From an uncultured Fibrobacterota bacterium (GTDB lineage: Bacteria; Fibrobacterota; CAYVZU01), in the NCBI GenBank assembly GCA_964455935.1, contig CAYVZU010000001.1, forward strand, positions 55,142 to 119,141: a stretch of 64,000 bases of DNA, read 5' to 3'. Shown piece after piece: positions 48,888 through 58,307 of the stretch. How positions within the stretch are numbered: position 1 is the stretch's first letter; each line of letters opens with the position of its first letter. The position numbers and the translations under genes are program-made. The notes below the pieces were generated by a model. The model was given only the letters and a program-made list of their open reading frames with translations, was not told the origin of the DNA and did no database searches.

Positions 48888-50151
48888 AGGACATTTTTGC
48901 GCCGCAGCCGTTCATGAGTTCGACGAAGTTGGGGAATGTTATGCCCACGGCTTCGGCCGTGTCGATCGTTGTCCGACCCTCAACATTAAGCCCGGCGATG
49001 GCCAAAGCCATGACCACGCGATGGTCGCTATGACCGCGGACCTCGGCCGCATGCAATGAACTTCTTTGGATAATAAGCCCATCGCTGAGTTCACGGATGT
49101 TGGCGCCCATTTTCCGGAGTTCCTCGCACATTACATGAATGCGGTCGGTCTCCTTAAGCCGCGCCTGCGGCACATTTTTTAAAACCGTCTCGCCTTCGGC
49201 AAAGCATCCGGCCACAGCCATTGCCGGCAAGGCATCGGGCGTGGCATTCATGTCGATTTCTTTGCCCACAAGCCGGCCGCCGGTCACTGTGATTGCGCTT
49301 TTGGCCGCATCGACCCGGGCTCCCATATCTTTCAAGTATTGAAGTACGGCCTTGTCGCCCTGGGAATCGTCCATGTCCAGGTTTTCAAGAACAAACGGCC
49401 GCCCCGAAATTGCCGCCTGGACCATGAAGAACGTGGCCGAGGAGAAATCAGCCGGGATGGTGCGCATAAGCCGCCGGTATTTCTGCCCGCCATAGACTTT
49501 AATGCTCTTGATGTCTCCTTCGACCCGGTACTTGATTCCCTGGTCGTTAAGCCAGCGAAGCGTCATTTCGACATAGGGCTTCTCGTTGAGTTTCGTCAGA
49601 AGGATTTCAGAGTCCTGCGCGCAGAGCGGACACGCCACAAGCAGCGCTGTGAGAAATTGCGAACTGATTGCCTCCAGTTCGGTGCGTCCGCCCCGGAGCG
49701 GCCCCTTCACCCAAAGCGGCGCCATGTCGTTGTTGCGCTCGCAAACCACTTCGGCGCCCAGTTCCCGCAGCGAGCGGATAAGCGGCCCCATGGGCCGGCT
49801 TTGGATCTGGTGGTCGCCGGTGAATGAAATGCGCTGATCCGCCAGCGCGGCGACAGCCACGCCTATTCGAAGCGAGGTCCCGGAGTTGCCCACATCGATA
49901 GTGCCGGCGGGAACTGCCGGTTTTCCGCCAAAGCCGGTGACGCGAAATTTCTGCGGCGATTCCAGAACCTGGGCGCCAAGCGCCGTGCACACGGCAATGG
50001 CCGAGCGCGTGTCGGCGGAATCGAGCGGGTCAATGATTTCCGAGGGGCCCTCGGCCAGGGAGGCGAAATAAAGCGCGCGGATGGTATGAGACTTTGATCC
50101 CGGAATCTTCACCGATCCGGTGACTTCGGATTTTTCCACAGTGAGAAGCAT
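48877..50151 (-). CDS. aroA: 3-phosphoshikimate 1-carboxyvinyltransferase (EPSP synthase)
   Basis: PGSKSHTIRAL, LGAQV, DHRVVMALAIAGL and overall EPSPS architecture. Confidence 0.9.
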   Translation of the reverse strand: MLLTVEKSEVTGSVKIPGSKSHTIRALYFASLAEGPSEIIDPLDSADTRSAIAVCTALGAQVLESPQKFRVTGFGGKPAVPAGTIDVGNSGTSLRIGVAVAALADQRISFTGDHQIQSRPMGPLIRSLRELGAEVVCERNNDMAPLWVKGPLRGGRTELEAISSQFLTALLVACPLCAQDSEILLTKLNEKPYVEMTLRWLNDQGIKYRVEGDIKSIKVYGGQKYRRLMRTIPADFSSATFFMVQAAISGRPFVLENLDMDDSQGDKAVLQYLKDMGARVDAAKSAITVTGGRLVGKEIDMNATPDALPAMAVAGCFAEGETVLKNVPQARLKETDRIHVMCEELRKMGANIRELSDGLIIQRSSLHAAEVRGHSDHRVVMALAIAGLNVEGRTTIDTAEAVGITFPNFVELMNGCGAKMSYVQ

Positions 50152-50186
50152 TGATGTTTAATCCTGTTGTTTGTGACCGATCCAAT

Positions 50187-51278
50187 CTATAGGACGCTGT
50201 TCCAAGCTTTCTTGATCTTGTCTCCGCGTATGCCACAAGCCAACTCCACCTCGCCAACGCCGCTGGAAAGCACGAGTCGCACTGACGCATTCTGGACCTT
50301 CTTGTCGTGCAACATCGATTCCATCAGGTCCCTAATCTTGAGTGGGGGCAGGGCATGCGGTTCGAGCAGGCTGCAAAGGCGCTGCTGTTCTTCTGCGTAT
50401 TCCGCATCGATATTACCCAGAATTCGGCCCAGTTCCGCGGCCGCACGTATTCCGTAATTGACCGCTTCGCCGTGAACGAGCTTGCCGTAACCTGCGCAAG
50501 CTTCAATGGCATGGCCAAACGTGTGACCGTAGTTTAAAATGGCGCGCAGCCCGGTCTCACGTTCGTCCTGCTCGACGATTTTGGCTTTGAAGCGGCAGCA
50601 GCGCTCGATGCACTCGATAAGTGCTTCGGAGTCGCGAGAGAGAAGCGCGCCAATTTGGGTCCGGGTCCATTCAAAGAATTCGCGGCCGCCGATGAATGCA
50701 TATTTAATGACCTCGGCCAGCCCGGCCCGAAATTCCCTTTCGGGAAGCGTGGCAAGCACATCCAGATCGATCCATACTTCCGCCGGTTGCCAGAACGCGC
50801 CGATCATGTTTTTGCCCAGCGGGTGGTTAACCGCTGTCTTTCCGCCCACCGAAGAATCGACCATGGCTAAAAGCGTGGTCGGCACCTGCACATAGGCAAT
50901 GCCGCGGCGGTAAGCGGAAGCCGCAAACCCGGCAATGTCGCCAACAACTCCGCCGCCAAAAGCAATCAGCACGGCCTTGCGGTCCAACCTCTTACGCAAA
51001 AGAAAGCGGAGAATATTTTCCCAGATCCGAAGATTCTTGCTTCGCTCGCCGGCGGGAATACGGTAATTGTGCAATCGTTGCTGAAATGCCAGCTTGCGGA
51101 TGCACTTCTTGAGGTTTTTCTGGATGATATCATCCGTGACAAGGCAAAAAGCGCTGGGGTCCACGCGCAAGGCGAACTCCAGGGACCACCGCTCCAAGGC
51201 GGATTGCCCTATACGGATCGCATAACTGCGCGCGCCCAAATTTACACGAACCGTTTTCTCCGTTGACTTATTCATCAA
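50187..51278 (-). CDS. aroB: 3-dehydroquinate synthase
   Basis: NAD-binding GGGVVGDIAGFAASAY, metal site VPTTLLAMVDSSVGGKTAVN and HTFGHAIE. Confidence 0.9.
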   Translation of the reverse strand: MMNKSTEKTVRVNLGARSYAIRIGQSALERWSLEFALRVDPSAFCLVTDDIIQKNLKKCIRKLAFQQRLHNYRIPAGERSKNLRIWENILRFLLRKRLDRKAVLIAFGGGVVGDIAGFAASAYRRGIAYVQVPTTLLAMVDSSVGGKTAVNHPLGKNMIGAFWQPAEVWIDLDVLATLPEREFRAGLAEVIKYAFIGGREFFEWTRTQIGALLSRDSEALIECIERCCRFKAKIVEQDERETGLRAILNYGHTFGHAIEACAGYGKLVHGEAVNYGIRAAAELGRILGNIDAEYAEEQQRLCSLLEPHALPPLKIRDLMESMLHDKKVQNASVRLVLSSGVGEVELACGIRGDKIKKAWNSVL

Positions 51279-51598
51279 TCGGGCTTTGGCTCGCCGCCCT
51301 CGGGAGCCGGGGTCTCGCCATTGTCAGGCCCGGGCTCGTCCTCGCCCACTTCGCCCTCGCCTTCCTCGCCCTGCTCACGATTCTGAAATTCGTCCAATGT
51401 ATCACGGATTATATCCTTGTAATTGTCTTCGACAAATTCATAAATGTCCTCATCGTCCAAATCGGCATTCTCTTCCAGCAGATCCTTGATGCAATACGCC
51501 GTGGCGAGCATAATGTTCTGTACCAGGCTCTCTTCGTATAGGCGGCGGTGCTTGCCATCCATCATTTCATCGTTTTCGTTCTCCTGTGATCCCATCAT
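51275..51598 (-). CDS. small highly acidic hypothetical protein
   Basis: 107 aa, roughly 35% Asp/Glu with an EEGEGEVGEDEPGPDNGE tail. Stop overlaps the aroB start. Confidence 0.35.
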   Translation of the reverse strand: MMGSQENENDEMMDGKHRRLYEESLVQNIMLATAYCIKDLLEENADLDDEDIYEFVEDNYKDIIRDTLDEFQNREQGEEGEGEVGEDEPGPDNGETPAPEGGEPKPD

Positions 51599-51725
51599 TG
51601 CGTTCCTTTGACTGACGCCGGCAAACGAAACTCGTTTACCCGCTTCGATTCTGTCAAGAAGCTCTCATTGACCTGCAGCGTACGATAGTGGAGTGTAGGA
51701 TTATAGCAGAAAATGTTTGGGGATG

Positions 51726-52280
51726 TCAAGCACTCAGAAGGTAAAGAAACTCGCGATTTCCGCCTTTCTCGCCCTGAATTGGAGATTCGGTCTTTCCAAG
51801 AATTCGAAATCCGGCAAACGCCTCCTCTTCGACTCGCCGGAGCACCTCGTCAATGAACTCGGGTTGCACTTTCCCCTGGTTGCGCTCCTTGGGTGAGGAC
51901 TCGTAATGGGGTTTGACCAGGGTAATAGTGGATCCGCCGGGCCTCAACAGCGTCGCGGCGGGGCGGATGATCAGTTTCTGCCGTGTCCATCCGGCGTCGA
52001 TCGTCACAAGATCAACGGCCTCGGGCAGGATTACGTGGAGCGCATTGGTTCGCTCCATCACTTTCACCCGGGGATCCTTGCGGAGTTTCCATTCCAGTGC
52101 GCCATAGGCCGTATCCACCGCATAAACACGCCGGGCTCCATGCTGTAGGAGGCAATCGACAAACCCGCCGGTGCTCGATCCCAGATCGGCCGCGGTCTTG
52201 TCCTGCGCGCTGATCTTGAATTCCCGCAGCGCATGTTCCAGCTTCTGTCCAGCCCGAGATGCGTATTTGGAATCGGGCAT
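51726..52280 (-). CDS. TlyA/FtsJ-like SAM-dependent RNA methyltransferase (no S4 domain)
   Basis: AADLGSSTGGFVDCLLQHGARRVYAVD SAM-binding motif, VTIDAG, and FtsJ-like fold. Confidence 0.65.
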   Translation of the reverse strand: MPDSKYASRAGQKLEHALREFKISAQDKTAADLGSSTGGFVDCLLQHGARRVYAVDTAYGALEWKLRKDPRVKVMERTNALHVILPEAVDLVTIDAGWTRQKLIIRPAATLLRPGGSTITLVKPHYESSPKERNQGKVQPEFIDEVLRRVEEEAFAGFRILGKTESPIQGEKGGNREFLYLLSA

Positions 52281-52310
52281 ATTTTTTTATGAAAGGAGAT
52301 GGTTTCCGGC

Positions 52311-52823
52311 CTACCTACCGGCCAGAAAGGCTTGAATTGAGTCCCGCATATACGAATTCGGGTCCAGTTCGAGATATCTCTTCCAATAATCCGCGGTTTG
52401 TTGAGTTTCGCCCAAAACGCGATGGAGGTCGCCCAGATAGTAATGGCTCCGCTTCTCGTTGGGCGATGCCGCAAGCACCTTTTCGAAGCTGGCAATGGCG
52501 GGCCGGATCTGGCCGTATTTTACATAGGTTTCACCCATCGCAATCAGGAGCCGGACCTGGATGGGGCTGCCCGCCGGCGCCTGATCATACAGGTTTTGCA
52601 GCTTCGAAATTTCATCCTGAAGGCTCGTGCTTTGGCCCGCGGGGTTGATCACGATCTGCCGCTCCCCGGCCGGGGGCTGCGATGCGGGGGCAACATTGAT
52701 TCGCGTCTTGGCAGGAGCGGTCCAGGGATGATATATCAGGAGAACAAATCCAAGCAGGAATAGCACTAAACCCAAAGCGGCCAGTCCGGCCTTGTGATTG
52801 TGCAGGATTTGTTTCAATGGCAT
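52311..52823 (-). CDS. membrane-anchored TPR-repeat protein
   Basis: TM helix, then TPR-like helices (GETYVKYGQIRPAIASFEKVLAASPNEKRSHYYLGDL). Start chosen at MPLKQIL. Confidence 0.5.
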   Translation of the reverse strand: MPLKQILHNHKAGLAALGLVLFLLGFVLLIYHPWTAPAKTRINVAPASQPPAGERQIVINPAGQSTSLQDEISKLQNLYDQAPAGSPIQVRLLIAMGETYVKYGQIRPAIASFEKVLAASPNEKRSHYYLGDLHRVLGETQQTADYWKRYLELDPNSYMRDSIQAFLAGR

Positions 52824-52964
52824 CTTTAAAAAATAATATAAGGCTTTCCAGGAACGGAGTTTGGAAAGGAACGGCCTCAAAGGGCGGCTCCCGGCATGGC
52901 GCGGAGTGGAAGCAGGAACGCTCCAGGAACAAATACGTATTTTTCTTAAGGGAGCGAGCCAGCC

Positions 52965-53459
52965 ATGAATATCGATCACATTATCGAGACTCTCAACCAA
53001 CATGCGGTAAAATACCTACTGATTGGGGGGGTCCACTTTCTCTTGCGCCACAAACCGCAACTGACCTTTGATGTTGATGTCTGGGTGGACGACAAGCCGG
53101 ACAACTTGTTGCACTGCGAGAAGGCGCTGATTTCCTTGAAAGCTGAATGGGGCTCAACCGACCAGAATTGGGGCCCTGTTTCTGGGAAAAATCCGGGCTG
53201 GTTAGGGTCGCAATCCGTGTTCTGCCTTACAAGTCCATTTGGCGCAATTGATATTTTTCTCAGCGTGGCGGGTCTGAAAAGTTGGGCCGAATGCAATAAA
53301 CATGCGGTCGCCGGCAAGACGGCGAGTGGAGTTCCCTATAGGGGAATCTCCGATGAGGATTTGCTTCAAAGCCAATACGCGCTGGACAAGAAGGACCAAC
53401 ACCCCGAACGCATCTCCACCCTGGAATCCATTTTGAAAGATAAGAGCAGGAAGAAATAG
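52965..53459 (+). CDS. minimal nucleotidyltransferase (MNT/Pol-beta superfamily)-like protein
   Basis: YLLIGGVHFLLRHKPQLTFDVDVWVD fits the G[GS]-x(9-13)-DxD nucleotidyltransferase signature. AGGGAG SD upstream. Confidence 0.45.
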   Translation: MNIDHIIETLNQHAVKYLLIGGVHFLLRHKPQLTFDVDVWVDDKPDNLLHCEKALISLKAEWGSTDQNWGPVSGKNPGWLGSQSVFCLTSPFGAIDIFLSVAGLKSWAECNKHAVAGKTASGVPYRGISDEDLLQSQYALDKKDQHPERISTLESILKDKSRKK

Positions 53460-53463
53460 GACA

Positions 53464-53661
53464 ATGGCCAACCTAAAGGAAAAAGAAGAAGCCAAGCGAG
53501 ATTCGCATTGGGATCCATTGACGAAATGGAATCTGTTGCAGGAAACCATAGCTTGGGCGGAAGCGCAATCAACCGTCAAACGCAATACCCGCGAAAACCG
53601 CCTGGCCGAGCAGGCCAGAAAAAGATCTTCCGGCCGAACTTCTTTATCGCCTCACAATTGA
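53464..53661 (+). CDS. 65-aa charged helical protein cotranscribed with the nucleotidyltransferase
   Basis: Lies 4 nt downstream of the nucleotidyltransferase stop. No recognised motif. Confidence 0.3.
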   Translation: MANLKEKEEAKRDSHWDPLTKWNLLQETIAWAEAQSTVKRNTRENRLAEQARKRSSGRTSLSPHN

Positions 53662-53717
53662 CGGCCGGACTGTTTTTGAATTCGCAAAACCATCATCCCA
53701 AATTCAAAACAGGTCAG

Positions 53718-54074
53718 CTATTTCTGGTTTTTTGATTTTCTGGGGACACCCAGAATGACAACCGAAACCGTATCGGTATTCTTGTATATGACCGCAATAT
53801 GGATGGTATCCTTTTCATTCACGCGCAGGTTCAAGCTCTCGAAAGGAGTTATGAAGCTGCAGATGTTCCCCTTCCATCCGCATTCAACCGGCAATTGGTA
53901 GTCTTTCCCGCCGGGTTTGAAGAACATCTTTTCGTATTCCCCAGTGGCATTCACCTGAACATATCCGTCTGCATGGGAATGGATTATGATTGGCTCGTTT
54001 TTATTTGTGGGAGCGCCCAGTGCCGTGCCCGATATCTGCAACAAGGCAAAAAGGAGAAAAGTCGTCGATTTCAT
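53718..54074 (-). CDS. small secreted hypothetical protein
   Basis: Signal peptide MKSTTFLLFALLQISGTALGA. Low-GC island. Confidence 0.4.
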   Translation of the reverse strand: MKSTTFLLFALLQISGTALGAPTNKNEPIIIHSHADGYVQVNATGEYEKMFFKPGGKDYQLPVECGWKGNICSFITPFESLNLRVNEKDTIHIAVIYKNTDTVSVVILGVPRKSKNQK

Positions 54075-54321
54075 GAAAACCACCTTCCAGGGAATCTCAA
54101 TTCTGCCCGGTATTGACAAAGCATTCCTTCACGCCAGTCCTGGCCAATGCAAGCGGCAAATAGTATCCCATACGGGAAAATAGAAAAGAGCGCATGGGCT
54201 CATCCCCAACAAACGCATTTTCCGTGTCAATCAATCGAATAAATCTTCATTGGTTTGGCAGGTTCAGAAGGCCAAATTCCGCAAGGAGCCGCCGCGCTTC
54301 CTTTCCAAATAATGAATGGGA

Positions 54322-55092
54322 CTAATAGAACATCGCCATAGACGGAAACCGGGAAATGACGTGACTGTTCTTGGCTGGTTCGTATTCGCATACAATTCTG
54401 CCATTATGACGGACCCGAAAAACAATCGGGGTTTTCAGGACTTGGGTCAGATGATAAAAAGTCAAGAGTTCCGCCAAATCATCGGCCCAATTCAGGCTTG
54501 CATAAAGGGAAGGAAAGCAGGTTTTCCGGAGTTCGTCATAAACACTTGGAGCATCCGCGATATTCAGCTTGGGACCGCCCCCGAGGCCGTAGAAGGTGAT
54601 TCTGGACCGTCCGGCAAAATCGTACCGATCCACTGGTCGGTTGTAGGATTTCCAGATCCGCATCGTCGCTTCGGAAGAACCGCTACGACCCAGTCCGGCT
54701 TTCTCGCATGCGGGTTCCACATATGGAGTAATTGGCGCCACAAAGTCCACCACATGAGTCATTTCATGGAGGAGAATGTAGAGAAATCCGGAAAAGGATG
54801 AATTGCAGTAAACTGCAAGCTGGAAACTGGAGTCGCTGTGGGCAAAGCAGGATTGCTCTTTTCTGGTAAGTACGTCGGACAAGCTGCCCTTTAAGACAGA
54901 AGGATTAAAGAGCAGATAGCAATAGACCTGGTGCGTGCTATCCAGAACGAAATCCGTAAGCCCGCTTCCCATGAAGTTATAAAAATATGCCAACAATTCT
55001 CTTCTCCAATATTTCCCGGTGCACTTTGGGCAGATAAGCCATGCAGTCAGCAAACAGATCCATGTCCGCTCGTGTGGGCCGATACGGGGCAT
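54322..55092 (-). CDS. HExxH zinc-metallopeptidase-like hypothetical protein
   Basis: LLHEMTHVVDF motif. Low-GC island. The N-terminus may continue in another frame (see the next feature). Confidence 0.45.
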   Translation of the reverse strand: MPRIGPHERTWICLLTAWLICPKCTGKYWRRELLAYFYNFMGSGLTDFVLDSTHQVYCYLLFNPSVLKGSLSDVLTRKEQSCFAHSDSSFQLAVYCNSSFSGFLYILLHEMTHVVDFVAPITPYVEPACEKAGLGRSGSSEATMRIWKSYNRPVDRYDFAGRSRITFYGLGGGPKLNIADAPSVYDELRKTCFPSLYASLNWADDLAELLTFYHLTQVLKTPIVFRVRHNGRIVCEYEPAKNSHVISRFPSMAMFY

Positions 55093-55279
55093 AATCCGGC
55101 CGGCTGTCCATGGCGCGGGTCTCGCTTAAGAGAAAGCCGGGAGCCTCCCTGATCCGGGAAAGCACAGAAGAATCCGGCTGGAAATCATAGCTTTCCAGCC
55201 TCCTGACCGGCGACTGGCGCAGGCGGTCCAGCGGGCCAATAGATGGGCTGCAGGCGCTTTGGACGAGGGCAACAAGCAT
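54977..55279 (-). CDS. lipoprotein-signal ORF overlapping the HExxH protein out of frame (possible frameshifted N-terminus)
   Basis: MLVALVQSAC is lipobox-like. The 3' 115 nt overlap the 54322..55092 ORF in a different frame. Confidence 0.25.
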   Translation of the reverse strand: MLVALVQSACSPSIGPLDRLRQSPVRRLESYDFQPDSSVLSRIREAPGFLLSETRAMDSRPDYAPYRPTRADMDLFADCMAYLPKVHREILEKRIVGIFL

Positions 55280-55598
55280 GCAACCAAAAAGAAACCGAAT
55301 GATGGAAGGGGAACCTTGTCGGGCCTTGTTCTGCCATTTCGGGTACCTATTGCAGTAAGATCACTCCCATTTGGATCAGCCGAAAAAAAGATACAGCTCA
55401 ATCCATTCAAATAGCCTGCATAATATTCCCTATTCAAGCCGTATTTGCGTGCGATTGCTATTCCTGCGCACTTTGCAAAAGATGAATATGCCGCGAATAC
55501 CGTTCATGAAAACGTGAAGCGTTTTGTATCCTGGCGCTCGGAGCCAAACCAAGCCGCGGTTTTTGATAAAGCTAGGCCGTGGGAATCGCCGGGACGGA

Positions 55599-55901
55599 TC
55601 AGTTCCTATAAAAAAGCGGGTAGCCCTTTGGGTTTTCAATACTATCGGTGTGCAGGTCTATATCCAACTGAGGCCAATGCAGATGTGAATGGCCAAGGAG
55701 TTTCACATCCAGAATAGAGGAAACCGTGGCATCCTTGAACCAGGGGAACTCATCATAGGGCAGAAAGTGCTCATGCGCGCGCACCACGAAATTGCAGTCC
55801 CCCAAAAGCCTTCGTATTTTAATAGACTTCCTTTTTGCAGCAACTTGATCCAAAGGAGTTGGCCAATGCCGCCGTCGACTAAACCCATCCGGAAGCGCCA
55901 A
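55599..55901 (-). CDS. DUF2442-family small protein
   Basis: C-terminal PWFKDATVSSILDVKLLGHSHLHWPQLDIDLHTDSI matches the DUF2442 core. The 5' end is uncertain. Confidence 0.5.
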   Translation of the reverse strand: MALPDGFSRRRHWPTPLDQVAAKRKSIKIRRLLGDCNFVVRAHEHFLPYDEFPWFKDATVSSILDVKLLGHSHLHWPQLDIDLHTDSIENPKGYPLFYRN

Positions 55902-56255
55902 GTGAAGCTTGCCAAGGCAACCCTATCGCACACTCGCAAACCTGAAGAAATTCCTGCTGGCCAAATTTCAGGAAGAAGCACCGGTCTGCGTTGGCGCAGG
56001 GCCATGTTCCATCCTAATGGGCCGCTCTTTGAGGCGGGCGCCGCCTTCTTGCGCGAGCTGGGTGTGCTTGCGCATACGGACCAACAGTCCGGTTCCTTGC
56101 CGGCCCGATCATTCATCGAGAAAGACCCCAAAACCGGTGGCACGTATTTGAAAATTCCCATGCCAAAGCCTGACGTTCTGGCAAACCTATTTCGAACAGC
56201 CGTTTTTCTGCCGGAAGGATTGCGGCAAGCGTTTGGATCCGGCGCCGCCCGATGA
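55866..56255 (+). CDS. 129-aa basic hypothetical protein translationally coupled to jetA
   Basis: Perfect SD AAAGGAG 7 nt before the ATG at 55866. Stop overlaps the jetA start as ATGA, and jetA has no SD of its own. No recognised motif. Confidence 0.5.
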   Translation: MPPSTKPIRKRQVKLAKATLSHTRKPEEIPAGQISGRSTGLRWRRAMFHPNGPLFEAGAAFLRELGVLAHTDQQSGSLPARSFIEKDPKTGGTYLKIPMPKPDVLANLFRTAVFLPEGLRQAFGSGAAR

Positions 56256-57694
56256 ATCTCGACTTTGCCGCTCTCAGCGCCTTGCGAAAGAATCATCCGG
56301 CCTGGCGGCTGTTGATGGCGGATCATGCGCCGCTGATTGCCAGTTTCTTACACCGGGTATTCATCGCGCCCAATGTGCGAACAATGGCGCAGGGCGAGTT
56401 GGTATCGAAGCTGGAAGACGAACTGTTTCAATTGCGCGCAAGCCATGGCGCGGAAGCGTTCCCGCGGGATGCCGTCAAATACCTGGACGAATGGGCACAG
56501 AACGACAAAGGCTGGCTGCGCAAATTCTATCCGCCCAATTCGGACGAGGCCCATTTCGACCTTACCCCGGCAACGGAAAAGGCAATTGCCTGGATCGAGA
56601 CTCTCACGGCCCGCGCCTTTGTGGGGACGGAATCCCGTCTCATGACGGTGTTTGTTCTGTTGCGCCAGATGGTGGAAGGCGCGGAGACCAACGCGGAAGT
56701 CCGCCTGGCCGAGCTACAGAAGCACAAGACCGAAATTGAACTCGAAATAGAGCGGGTTCGCGCCGGCGACTTGAACTTGCTGGATGAAACCGGTCTTCGC
56801 GACCGTTTTCAGCAAATTGCCGGCACGGCGCGGGAACTGCTGGCCGATTTCCGCGAGGTGGAGCATAATTTCCATCTTCTGGATCAAAGGGTGCGTGAAC
56901 AAATTGCCGTGTGGGAGGGGAAAAAGGGCGAGCTTCTGGAAAATGTATTTGGCGAACGGGACGTAATCGCCGATTCCGACCAAGGGAAAAGTTTTCGCGC
57001 ATTCTGGGATTTTTTAATGTCGCCGTCGCGACAAGAAGAATTGTCGGGCTTACTGGAGCGTGTTTTTGAGTTTGCGGCAATACGGGCCATGACCCCGGAC
57101 ACGCGGTTGAAACGTATTCATTATGACTGGTTGGAGGCAGGCGAACAGACGCAGCGCACGGTGGCCAGGCTTTCGCAACAATTGCGGCGCTATCTTGATG
57201 ATCAGGTTTGGCTTGAAAACCGGCGAATCATGCAGGTGCTGAGGACCATCGAGAGCAAGGCCATTGCCGCGCGCGAAGCCGTGCCCGCCGGACCCTTCAT
57301 GGAAATCGATGAGCCGGCCCCGGCTTTCAATCTGCCCATGGAACGGCCGCTCTTCTCGCCGGCCTTGAAGCCGGTGATCGCGAGTCAGGTTCTCGAGGGA
57401 GGCGGCGAGAGCGTCTTGACGGACGCCCTTTTTAATCAAGTCATGATCGACAAGGCGGAATTGGCTGGCCGGATTCGGAAGGCCCTGCAAAACCGCCGGC
57501 AAATTACCTTGGCGGAATTACTGGCGGAACACCCGCTCGCATTGGGCCTGTCGGAATTAATCGCGTATTTGTCATTGGCCGGAGAGGACAGGAAGGCTGT
57601 GTTCGATGAAAGCCGGATTGAAGTGGTAGGGTGGAATGACGAAAACGGCAATCCCCGACAGGCCCGGTTGCCCCGGATTATATTCAACAGGTAG
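56252..57694 (+). CDS. jetA: Wadjet JetA (DUF3375, MukF/kleisin-like)
   Basis: 480 aa. Position and size fit the four-gene Wadjet arrangement. Coiled-coil-rich with a winged-helix-like terminus. Confidence 0.75.
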   Translation: MNLDFAALSALRKNHPAWRLLMADHAPLIASFLHRVFIAPNVRTMAQGELVSKLEDELFQLRASHGAEAFPRDAVKYLDEWAQNDKGWLRKFYPPNSDEAHFDLTPATEKAIAWIETLTARAFVGTESRLMTVFVLLRQMVEGAETNAEVRLAELQKHKTEIELEIERVRAGDLNLLDETGLRDRFQQIAGTARELLADFREVEHNFHLLDQRVREQIAVWEGKKGELLENVFGERDVIADSDQGKSFRAFWDFLMSPSRQEELSGLLERVFEFAAIRAMTPDTRLKRIHYDWLEAGEQTQRTVARLSQQLRRYLDDQVWLENRRIMQVLRTIESKAIAAREAVPAGPFMEIDEPAPAFNLPMERPLFSPALKPVIASQVLEGGGESVLTDALFNQVMIDKAELAGRIRKALQNRRQITLAELLAEHPLALGLSELIAYLSLAGEDRKAVFDESRIEVVGWNDENGNPRQARLPRIIFNR

Positions 57695-57698
57695 TCCC

Positions 57699-58307
57699 AT
57701 GGAACAGCCAAACGCCGCAACCGATGCTTTTCCATGCGTGATGATCGCTCTTATGAAAGGCGTTGTGTATGGAGAGGCGGACGCGGGTCTTTGGCAGAAT
57801 CTGCTGAACCTGCAAAGCCGGGTGCGCGACTATGTTTCGGTCCTGGGATTGGAGCTGATGCTCGACGAGCCCGAGGGATATGCCTGGCTGCGCTCAAGGC
57901 CGGTCGCCGAAGGCAAAGATCCGCTGCCGCGGCTGATTCCCCGAAGACAGCTCTCATACCCGGTGAGCCTTCTGATCGCCCTGCTTCGCAAAAAGCTGGC
58001 CGAATCCGATGCGGGAGGCGGAGAGACGCGGCTGATTCTTAGCCGCGATGCGGTGGTGGAAATGCTCCGGGTGTTTTTTCCGGCCGGAACCAACGAAGCC
58101 CGCCTTGTGGATCAGATCGATGCGCACCTCAATAAGATCGCGGAACTTGGATTCATTCGCCGCTTGCGCGGCCGCGAGGACCTCATCGAGGTACGCCGGA
58201 TTCTTAAAGCCTTCGTGGATGCCCAGTGGCTGGCCGATTTCGATGTGCGCCTGCAAACCTATTGCGAAAAAACTGGCGACTTCGATGAAAAGGGGAAGCA
58301 GGACTAA
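57699..58307 (+). CDS. jetB: Wadjet JetB (DUF4194, MukE-like)
   Basis: ~200 aa acidic protein placed between JetA and the SMC-like JetC. Confidence 0.7.
   Translation: MEQPNAATDAFPCVMIALMKGVVYGEADAGLWQNLLNLQSRVRDYVSVLGLELMLDEPEGYAWLRSRPVAEGKDPLPRLIPRRQLSYPVSLLIALLRKKLAESDAGGGETRLILSRDAVVEMLRVFFPAGTNEARLVDQIDAHLNKIAELGFIRRLRGREDLIEVRRILKAFVDAQWLADFDVRLQTYCEKTGDFDEKGKQD

Noticed and set aside
55689-55865. The 5' part of the 188-aa ORF (55689-56255) as the start of the jetA-upstream protein
   Set aside because: That portion is antisense to the DUF2442 gene and lacks an RBS. The internal ATG at 55866 has a perfect SD, so the shorter 129-aa product is preferred.
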